Below, piece after piece: positions 24,301-35,100 of a stretch of DNA of 64,000 bases. The notes below the pieces were generated by a model. It searched no databases. It worked only from the letters and a program-made list of their open reading frames with translations, and had not been told where the DNA came from. Both the position numbers and the translations under genes were made by a program. The DNA is from Lepidodermella squamata (Eukaryota > Animalia > Gastrotricha). How positions within the stretch are numbered: position 1 is the stretch's first letter; each line of letters starts with the position of its first letter. The stretch is taken from assembly GCA_047495785.1 (NCBI GenBank), contig JBLDXI010000001.1, positions 930,001 through 994,000 of the forward strand, in the 5' to 3' direction.

Positions 24301-26616
24301 AGTTGAAGAATCTACCTAGATAATTCCAAATTGAGAGCTAAAATCAATTGACCTGGAAAAGGAAGCTCCCTTTCATCGAGGAGAAAGGAATCATCTCTAT
24401 AATCCTACTAAAAAATCACCTTAGAAACTTTTTTCAAAACTGAAAAACCTTTGAGTCGTTGCAAATTGTACTTGAACCGATTGTTAACAAATTGTTTAAT
24501 ATTTTTCTTCGCATCAGATTATTCGGCTACGCATTGTTAATCTCGTCAATCCTCAACATGTTCATACCCGCGGCTGCTGAGGTCCACTTTTCCGTCGTCA
24601 TGGTTGTCCGAGTTATGCAAGGCCTCGTCGAAGGCGTCACGTACCCAGCGTGCCATGGCATATGGCGATTTTGGGCGCCGCCGCTCGAACGCTCAAAGCT
24701 GGCGACCATCTCGTTCTGCGGCTCGTACGCCGGCGCCGTCATCGGCATGCCGCTGTCGGGCCTGCTGACCGAGCACGTCGGCTGGCGGTCGACCTTCTAC
24801 TTCTTCGGCGTCATCGGCGTCTGCTGGTGGGTGGTGTGGCACTTCATGAGCTTCGAAAAGCCCTCCACGCACCCGTCGATCAGCGACGAGGAGCGCATCT
24901 ACATCGAAACGTCGCTTGGCGGCAATACTCGCGATCTCGGCAAAAATTACCCGATTCCTTGGAAAGCTTTCTTCTCGTCATCGCCAGTCTACGCTATCAT
25001 GGTAGCAAATTGTACGTTCCACGACCCCCTTCTATAAATCCTCAATATTTATTCTTTTATTTTAGTTTGCCGCTCGTGGACCTTTTACCTGTTAATCATC
25101 AGTCAGCCGACTTATTTCAGTGAAGTACTCAAGTATAACATTGCCAGTTCGGGTTTCCTGTCAGCACTCCCGCATCTCATCATGGCCATCATCGTACCGT
25201 TTGGTGGTCAATTGTAAGTTGAACCTGTACTCTCAGAGATAGTACCTTAAGAAATCCAGAATCTATTTTCGTTATCTGAACTAATTTTTCTTAGATTCGC
25301 AATCAATTTAAAAAGTCCGCAAAAGCTAATCAGTTTAAGTGACTCTAAGTTGATATAGTTAGTTCAATTTGACTTAATCGCGTCCGTTACGTAGGTTTTT
25401 GAGATGCATACATGTGGCTTGTTATGGTCACTTCGGGTTCGCTTCTCCCTAATGACGTTGCTAATTATTGCAAAGGGTTCGCGTAAAAGGTCTGCGATGA
25501 GCTCAATTTTTCGGACAATTTTGGTTATTTTGGCAGTGAAGAGATCAATCGTACATTCGATGATCTCCACTCAATTTGCCAAAGGGATCTTCAACAAGAT
25601 GAAAAATGTGGTCACAAGATGAAAAAGTAACTTCAATTATGTGGTCACTGCTAAGCATCAGGTTCTTACGCCCTCTTAAAACACCGTTTTTTCTCGCCCT
25701 GGACATTATTTTAATCATTAAATTATGAAGGAAAATACTGCAATGAAGTATAACTAGCTGGTTAAAATTCCTCAAAGTTTGGAATTTTGGCATCGTGCGA
25801 AATGGAACTACTTAGGTTCCAGCTCTAAATTTTTCAGCCTTTTGTTTTTGATTGGTACCAACGCCCCTTGAGAAATTGCATGTGATCTAGCTGGTACAAT
25901 CTGCTAGATGAATTCAATTTTGGCTTCCAAAACTTCTGATTGTGGGGAAATAACTGATTTGTTAAATCGATACTTGGAACTTGGAATCGATATCAGCTCT
26001 GAAAAAGAAATTTAGGGAAGACGTAGAACTGAAAAATACCGTAAGGCGCTAAATTTAGGATGTCATAGCCCCTTGTGAATGATAGAAAAGTGATTGAAAA
26101 CTCTCCAAACAAATGTTAACTTTGCTTGTAATTTTTAGAGCGGATTTCTTGCGGATGAGAGGCGTGCTAACAACGACAACTGTTCGAAAGATTTTCAACT
26201 GCGGCGGCTTCGGCATGGAAGCCATCTTCCTGCTGGCGGTCGGCTTCTCGAACAGTTACGGCGCCGCGGTTACGTTCCTGACGATAGCCGTCGGCTTCAG
26301 CGGCTTCGCCATATCCGGTTTCAACGTCAACCACCTCGACATCGCGCCGCGCTACGCCTCCATCCTCATGGGCATGTCCAACGTCGTCGGCACGCTGTCC
26401 GGCATTTTGTGCGCCATCGTTGTGCAAATGTTGACTACACAAAAGACGTCTGCCGAGTGGGTGGTTGTCTTCATCATAGCGAGTATAATCCAATTCGGCG
26501 GCGTTATTTTTTATGCAATTTTCGCCTCCGGAGAGAAACAGCCCTGGGCTGATCCGCCGACAGACGACAGCGCCGCCTACCCGCTGGACGAGGCCGCGGG
26601 TGGTGCCAACCACTGA
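21387..26616 (+). pseudogene. VGLUT: VGLUT tandem duplicate, truncated at the 5' end and frameshifted at the C-terminus; exons 21387-21653, 23498-23616, 24518-25011, 25066-25213, 26139-26616
   Basis: Lacks the first ~25 codons and the native upstream region; many replacement changes in exons 1, 2 and 5; an 11-nt deletion gives an early TGA, followed by a ~41-nt deletion. All TM-encoding exons and splice sites remain open. Confidence 0.75.
22384..22620 (+). mobile_element. LINE reverse transcriptase fragment in VGLUT copy 2 intron 1
   Basis: IFSLMLNSRELPLVWKHINVAPIFKRSGDASCAGNYCPISLL matches the WK...V.PI.K.G......NYRPISL motif; followed by (tgtattctaaa)n. Confidence 0.85.
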
Positions 26617-27568
26617 GACTGCGATCATAAACACAAATTACAGCGGTCCGGAGCCGACGTTGATGCACCAAGGCGGCGGCTACAAGCAGGAAGAACGTCG
26701 ACCCGTCTGCCGGGCGGGTCGCTATTTCGTGGGACCAAAACTATCACTGATTTTTAATTAATTTTATCACTGTTAAATTATAGTTAGTTGTCATTCAAAT
26801 TACCATCATTTTAGTAAAATTTTCGAATTTTTCTCATAAATGTAAAACAGCGAAAAATCACTTCGATTTTTTTATACTACAACTATAACGGGTCATGCGT
26901 AGAATCTTTAGAGGTGCTTATTCTGCGAAATTCCTTTGCTTTGCGCGGCCCTTCAAAGTGGCATAGACCGCCATTTTTTCTAACCAGAAAAAAAATTATC
27001 ATCCGCCCTTGATAAAACTGATAATTGTATTCGATTTCAGCAAAAATTGTGGTGTGTAATTTTTGTCCGACTGAAAAATCTTTCTCGCTGGTCCAGTTTT
27101 ACTTTATTTTACGAAAAATCCCTTATAAATCTCATCCTCCTTTCCCTTTTTGCGATACGGTTATGATATAGAAAAACTCTTATTAACCAATAATTATTTG
27201 TTGAATTATTTTATAACTCTGCCGAGGAATAGTAGTTCTCCGCGCGCGCGAACTTGTGATCTATCTCGTCGATCTCTCTTCTGATTGCTATGTATGTGAA
27301 TCTTTGTCGGTGCGTAATTTACTTACCTTGAGGCCAGATGAGGAATGTTATAGCAGCCACTGTTTTGTCATCGTGTATTCCCAGCTCTCTCGATATAATA
27401 TGGGAGTTAGCCTTTGTGAATTTTGACAACAAAATCAGCATTTTTGCATCGTTCTCGTTATTCAATTTTATTACTCTGAATGTATTTAATTTCTCTATTA
27501 TATCTTATATTAATTATGGTTCAACGTCAGTAAAACAATGTATAGACGGCCATTCTTGTTTTACCGCT

Positions 27569-27940
27569 TCAACGAAGGTTAAACATTCCAGTGTTCAGAT
27601 TGACAGGTGGTAGAAATCGCTGTTCACGCATCAATTCCTCCATAGACCACGGCAGTTGATTAAGGTGGGTGACCATAAAGCATTCGTTTGAGTGGGGCCG
27701 GTGAGCTCGTTGCGGCTCTACGGGCAGTTTCTCCCGCGCAACCCAGTCAACTTTGTCTTGTTTATTCAGCGAGAGGTCGTGATACACGCTATAGGTGGTT
27801 TCATATCGGCTACGCTCCATCGAATCCGGTCGGTTATAGGTCTGGCGCCACATATCCGCAACGCGGGCTTTGATCATTTTGGTATCTTCGCTGGTTAATC
27901 GCTGTTTGTGCGGTATACGGTCTAAAGCATCGGCATTCAT
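27569..27940 (-). CDS. Uncharacterised ~123-aa protein convergent with VGLUT
   Basis: Open frame MNADALDRIPHKQRLTSED...GMFNLR, AAAATG start context, pyrimidine tract plus AG acceptor just upstream (~27964). Confidence 0.55.
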   Translation of the reverse strand: MNADALDRIPHKQRLTSEDTKMIKARVADMWRQTYNRPDSMERSRYETTYSVYHDLSLNKQDKVDWVAREKLPVEPQRAHRPHSNECFMVTHLNQLPWSMEELMREQRFLPPVNLNTGMFNLR

Positions 27941-29154
27941 TTTCGCAGTAAAAATACCTACACCTAGCAATTAAGAAAAAGCGATGCGTGTTGCTCTTGA
28001 AAAAACGTAGATTGAGGTGGCTGTCTTTTTTCGCAATAAATTATTTACAAGCCATCCGCGTTAGGAGTCGCAACGTGCTGAAACACTTCTCACCTGTCAG
28101 CCTTATCAATTATTCATAGATTTTTACCTAGATTTTTCTAATAAAATCTTAGTGAAAATGTGTTGTTTTAGACTTTTACAGAGCTAGTTTCCGGGCTGGC
28201 TGCCGTCATAGAAATAATGTTGATGAAGGAAGAAATACCAGACAAGATTTCCGCCATTGCATGCTTGTTTCAAACCGCTCAAGTATCACCTGGGGCGAAA
28301 AATTAATGCAGAACGGCGACTGAGAGAGCTCTCTCCTTTCAACGTCGAAATGAATGAGCCGTGAAATTGCAGCTTCTCATTCATTCGTTAAGAAAAGCTG
28401 CAAAAAATCGAGCGACTCAGCGCTCTCAATAACCCTCCGCAGCCATAATATATCAGGAGCATTCCACTGGGCCAAAAATACTTGCTTTAATTGAAAAACA
28501 CACTTGATACAAACTAGCGTTTGATTTTATTTCAAAAAATAGTTCAGGTAATTTTCACTGCTACGTCCACTCGAGCGCAGAATAACGTTATATAAGATTA
28601 CCGAGTAGTTTATAAGAGTTCGTTGTAATTTTTCGGAGTTCGTTAAGGTGCATTTTTAAACAGATAGCTTTGCATTAGGCGTGATAACATCAATGATCCC
28701 GAAACAAAAATATTATATATAGATATGCTGCCATATCGCGTCAAAACCAAACATCATATATCATCGGTTGAACAATTGAAGCAAGCTTCGAAAGAGACAC
28801 ATGTCACGAACAGAAATAATCATAAAATTACAACACTAAATCGTATCGGCATAAAACACTTTTAGGCAGCTAAAAGCTATATGAGCGATTGGCTATTTAT
28901 TTTAAGGTGGCTTACTAAATGCATAATATTAAGGTCAGCAGCCGTAAAATGTGGGCAAAAAGCGCCCAAAAATAACGAGTTCAAGTTGCTGCTCAAAAAC
29001 AGTGACTTTTATTTTGATGATAATTGAATCTTCATTCATAAATAGCCCATAACCGACAAAATAACAGCAGAAACTGAAAATAGGGAAGGCATAGTAAAGG
29101 TAGTTAAAAGCCACCATTAGTTTCCTAAACGCGTGCACCATAGATTTGGTAAAT

Positions 29155-32100
29155 TTATTCTGATGCATTACGGCCGTTGAACCATTGGCTTAACTGCGCC
29201 TTAACCTCGGAGGGCGCGTTCTGCATTAGTGTCTGAAAAATTTCGACAGCTAAATCGGGTCGGTCCGCTTGAACCGCCTTAACTTTCCGCAACAGGGACT
29301 CTTTCTCAATTTCATCACGGATGTGTTTGTCGACGTAATTACTTCCACTTTCGCCTTCAAGCCACAAGGCGACCTCCAAATCCGCCTTCTCCCAGTCGAT
29401 ATTCGCGAAAGCGTCGTTCGCCGAAACGAACCACCGCCGCAGCCACTCGCGAGCCGCCGGCCGGGTGAGCGAGGCGTCGACGCGCCGAATCCGACGAATC
29501 GCGTCGTTTTCAGCAATCAACCGCCTGAAACGGCCGTAGAAAAATTTGCGCGATTCGCGCCACTCAACAATCGCCTTAATAGTGTCCTTCGCCAACATTC
29601 GACCCGGCCGGTCGTGTAGATCAACGAATTCCAAGGCTACCGCATGGTACGCCGCGGACAGGTGTTCGTACCTCGCGGCTAATTTCACCTCGAGTTCCTT
29701 CTTATTAGCAGCCGCGGCCGCCATTTGCTGCTGCTGTTGCTGGAAATAGGCGGCGAGGGGCGGGCTCGACGCCGCGCACCCTGGCGCCCCGGCCGAGGTG
29801 GGTGACGAGATTTGCGACGGCGGGCGGTTTTCAGGCATCGGCATCGGGGTCGAGCTGATCGAAGAAGTTCTCGCGATTTGGCTCAACAATTGCCGGCAAA
29901 TTTCATCATTTCGATTCATAGTTTGAATAAGATCTCGCTGCCGAAATTTGATTTCGACAACACCCTCAGGCTCGAGAACACCACCCCGCGACGTGGGGTC
30001 CGCGTACATTTCCATCACCCCGTTCGCGTTGATTGTCGGGTCGATGACGACCCAAGCGCCGCCGCGTAGTTCAGAAAACGGGGGTAGGTAGACAATGACA
30101 GGCTGGTTGTAGTTCGTGAGGGCTGAGACGATCATAGCACCGAATTTAAGCACCTGGTCGAACATGTCCTTCATTCCGCCGGAGAAACCGCGCCAGTTGG
30201 CCATGATAAGCAGCGGCAGTTCTTCGCGATTGAAGTCTTCGATAGCCTGGGCTGTTTTGTAGGCACTATCAGGGAACCAGACCTGGCCGGCCTGTTGCAG
30301 CAGGACGGCTTCCGAGGCGAGATTAGCCGGGTCGGCGGGTATTTCGAGCTCGACTGATCGAGTTTCGACTATGATACAGCCGATTGGGATGCCGCCCAAA
30401 CGAGCCCGACCGGCTACCACAGTTTTCGCCCATCCTCCAAGAATCTATATGAAAAAACTTTCTTATCGAAATCGAAAAGAAAAAATTGTTAAACCAACCT
30501 CACTGAAAGAGCCAAAATCGCAAATGCCTTTAATCCATTTATCCGCTGGTCCAGTTGGCGAGAAGCGGAAGTTGGACGTGATTCTGCCGTTGTTGGTCGT
30601 GGCTTCGACTTGATGCCCAGCCAGCAAGAACCGGGGGTCGTACGGGCCCCGAGGTGGGTTGTATTCGACGGGTCGGTCGACTGGGTCGGACTGAATCGGC
30701 GAGATGTAAATCGGCAGGGGTGCGCCGCGTTTCGCGGGTATGAAAGACAGCCAGTGTAGCATCAGCTTAACGCCGGTGTAGTCGTCGGGCACCACCGCGT
30801 GCGACACGCCGTTGTTCGCCATGATGTGAATGCCGCCCAGCTGGTTGTTCGACGTGTAGACCTCGCGGCCGAGGAGCTTATTCAGCGCATTCGCGCCAGT
30901 TAGGATCAAATGAGAACTTTCGACCTGGACAATGCGCTGGCCCAAACGGACGAGGTAGGCGCCGATGCCGATGGCGCGGCATGTCACTAAACTTATGGTG
31001 ACTACGTCGTTGTAGGCCCGGGCGGTTTCGCCGGCAATCAGGCCGGAGCCACGCAAGTTTTCAACGCCCAGCCCATCCTCGGCACCAATCACATCGCGAA
31101 TCACATATCTTTTCTCTCCGTCCACCTAAAAATATAAGCATTATCATTTAAACCAATCAAAAATTCCTCCCTAATATGTACTCCTATCTAAATTTTAGAT
31201 CCTGATTCAGAAGAATTTGCAAATCTAGGACGGCCTTTATAAACCGTTAGGAATCTGCGGTCACCGATCACGCCTTAGTCTTCTACTCGCTTGACGGCAC
31301 CCATGTCGAAATACGGGCTACGTTAGAGAATACCGGCGACCATTTCAGAGTCGCTACGACACGTGTACTCCAGGCGTTAGTCGGTTCCCCACTTCGCTTT
31401 TTCGATGTCTACACAGGAGCGGCTGGGTCAATGCAAACGCCCAAGGAACTGACTGTCATCACTGAGCATAGCATTGCTGCTTGAAACGTAACAGCAAAAC
31501 CTAACCTGGAACAGTTTATCGCACGAATTCCAAAGCACTATGATTACTTCAGAATTATTCATCAGCAGCCGCTGCACGAAGAATGGCTACAAAACCGGCC
31601 GAAGAAAGTTGCCATCCGATTTCATACTGTTCGACAAGAGCAGGCCTCGCTTAAAACCGGCTTTTTTTAATGTGAGCGTTAACAAGCGCTAACGTGTTCT
31701 AAATGCTTTGATCTTCTCGCCAATTGATTTCAAAACAACTCTACCCATTCCGAAGAAAGGCGATCGGAAAAAATGTTCCAATTACAGAGGCATCAGTCTA
31801 ATCAGCATAGTGGCGAAATGCTACGCGCGAATTTTAGAGAAAAAGCTCCAAGGCGAAATTAAAACTCTGTTAGATGAATGCCAACATGGTTTTATGGATT
31901 TTTGGTGATTTTGGAACTTGTTGTTTCGAAAATGTCGATGTTTCATTACGATTTGAACTTCGTTCAAGATGACATAACTGTATAGCTGGAGCTGCCCTAA
32001 TCGTTCTTAGACCCATTGGATCTCTAATTCCGTATGCCGTAATAGGATGTCAACCAAATATATATCAGTGTCAGCGAACAAATAATACGTATGGAAGCCT

Positions 32101-35100
32101 CCCGCCGGATGCTAGCCAATGCAAAATTTTACGAACGTCGAAATCATGACCGTTGGCTCACGCATGGACCTGACCCCGAGCTACATAGGTGATTGGCCGT
32201 TTCAGTTTATGTAAATAACGATTATGTATGCTGTGATCTACTTTGTTCTGTAAGTACTCTGATGGCTCTGTTTTTGTTTTAGTTCAAGTTTTGAAAACAG
32301 TTAATGTAGCTTTGAATGACAACAGTTCCGTTACTTCTCGTCTCCTATGTTTTCTAGCGAATCTCAACCGTGCAAGTATCGTGGCAAATCAACACAAGTT
32401 AATGAATTAACCCTCTGAGGGTCCCAGGGGTAAAAAACTACCCCAGAGAACTTTGTTTGACGCACTGTATCACCAATTTGGGGTATAGTTTTATGGAAGA
32501 AGGTTTTATTCGATCAATACTGCTAAGCTACACTCCATTAGATTACCATGGTGGCGATTCTGACAGTTGTTATCGTTTGTTATATATCAATCACCCAAGT
32601 AAGTGTTAGATTTGTGAGTTCAAGGTCGATTGAATGTCGTGCCAAAGATAGTTCTGGCTACCTCCCGGCCCCGGCGTGTTTTCCTCATGGGGCACACGTT
32701 GAGGCCGCTATATAAACTGAGTTTTCCATACGAATAAAGAGGGTGATTTGACCACTGAGCTTTGCTTTGATTACGCTTGCTACTGCTTGTTTCACGTCTA
32801 AACTCTAATTGCTCGCCGCATCACTTGTCGCTGCTGGACACACACTGCATTTGCTTTCCTAGAAGCACTTTACAAATTCAACAGTAAGAAGCGCCTAATT
32901 ATTATTCCCTACGAAGAGAAAACTCCTCGTGCTATTGCTTGGCAAGTCGGTGTTGATTTGTATTTATTGCTATTTTTAATTATTTTAATTATTTTATTAT
33001 ATTTTTGTACTATAATCAAATTTGCGAATAATGAAGACTTCGAAGGTTGCTGTGAAAAATAGGGCCTAGGGTCAAGGATTTGAACAGGCTCTTTGCTGCT
33101 TCTATCCCGACTCTCAATCTGGTTCTGAGCTTATCAATTATGACTTTACTATTGACCTAAATACGTATTAGAATGTAAGTTGCTTACCTCAACAATTTCC
33201 GAGTGAATCAAGGTTGTTTCAGGATTCCTGAACTTGACTCGCAATCTCTCCATGTCATCTTCGGTCAAATACAAGTATTTGAACCCGTTTTCCGGGAAAT
33301 CAGGATTATTCCACGCAACCCGGAACATCCGCTTGATTTCTTCAGCCAGACCAATTCGAGCGCCACTGTTAGCTGCGATGTACATGCGGGGGATGCCAAG
33401 CTTGCGAGACAATTCCGATGCTTTGCTGAACAGCTCATCTTCTTTAGTCGCAAACGAGCCGATCAAAAACGTCAAGTCATTGGCAATGACAATGAATTCT
33501 CGCCCGCTGGGACACTCGGGCGTGCACATTTTCATCAGCCAAGCGACCATGCCACAGGTATTCTCGCCCTGGTGCCGGTTGACTGGCTTCAAATCGCCAG
33601 CAGCATCCAACGCCAACTCCTGGCAAGAAAACGAGTCCGATGGCGCATCAGCCCCGGCAACTTCAAGCCAATGCTGGTCGTGGGCTCGATGGAAAAGAGA
33701 CGGAAAATCGTAGACATAAGTCGTATCCAGTTTCTGCGCTTCAAGGCGTTTCAACTGTAATTTATCCTTCTTCGGATAGGGCGTGTTGACCAATAAGCCG
33801 TGCAGCGGGCCTTTCCGGTTACCAGGGCCCAAGCATTCGAACATGACCAGTCCAGTCTTCATATCAGCGACTTCTTGATACAAGGCAACGTCTAGCAAAT
33901 AGCCAGATTCGTTGTTGATGAACAGGCGATATTGAACACTCTTCGCGCCCGGGTGAGGTCGGATGATGAATTTAAGCTCAGCTTGAAGTACCCGTAATTT
34001 CCAGAGGCGACTGCCGTATCGAGTGACAAAATCACGAGCTGAATCAGCAACTTTCCACGGGTCGACGGTTACTAGAACCGGGAGGAAGTTCAGAAAAACG
34101 TGGTTGCAATCGGCTAATTTTGCATCCGGATGAGCATAGCCGACTTCAATCGCATCAAGAGCCTCGAGGAGGGTTCGCTCGGCGTTATTCCTGAGGTATT
34201 CATAACTCGCTTCCTTCGTCAACAGCTCAGAGTGGCGAATGATAGACCGGACGAAAAATCTGATATCGCGGGATACACTAGCCGGGGTTTCGTTCGGGCC
34301 TGGTTTAGCCCGGGCGAGGTACAGGTAGATTCGATGGTACTCGACCGGAATAGCCTCGAGCGTGAAGTTATTCAGCCGGGAAATTTCAAGTTGAAACGCT
34401 AACGCCGGTTCCAAGTGGCGGTAGATTCGATCCTCCTCAAACTGAAAAATTCAACAAAATTTGTCAATCACCGCGTCCTTTCATCAGACATTCTACAGGA
34501 AAGCAAAGGAAATTGTTAGAAAGAAATGGATATTATGGCCTAATCTCTGGTCTTAGGATGAGTTAATATTAGAAATAACTTGTGATCAGAACATATAAAC
34601 TGCGTGATTTTAACTATATCTAAAGCGGTTCTATGACTAAAGAGCACGCGATCTAAGAGCAACGATTAAAGAGCAATGCATTAAGAGCAACCGATAAGAG
34701 AGCAACCGATTTTAGAGCAATTGGTCATAAGAGCAATTATTAATGAGGAATAAGTGGCACGCGACTTGATTTTTTTGCTTTTCCTAATCAAGTGAATCTC
34801 GACCGATTAAGATGCCTGAATTGCTGTTTAATCGGCTCCCGTATTCACTTGATCGCCTACAGAAAAAAATGAAGTCGCGTGCCACTTTTTTGCCCTGATT
34901 TATCATTAATAATTGCTCTTATGACCAATTGCTCTTCAATCGGTTGCTCTCTTATCGGTTGCTCTTAATGCATTGCTCTTTAATCGTTGCTCTTAGATCG
35001 CGTGCTCTTTAGTCATAGAACCTCTAAAGCGTAACCTTCCGAATAAACGTACATCGCGTATCGGAATAAAGTCCTCCTAATTATCGAATATTCACAAAAC

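Noticed and set aside
32407-32445. TTAA-CCCT piggyBac-like terminus
   Set aside because: No matching opposite end found.
34636-34740. Regularly spaced GAGCAA repeats resembling a CRISPR array
   Set aside because: The period is only ~15 bp, the repeats are mirrored in the opposite arm and bounded by a TSD, and there are no cas genes. It is a MITE TIR.
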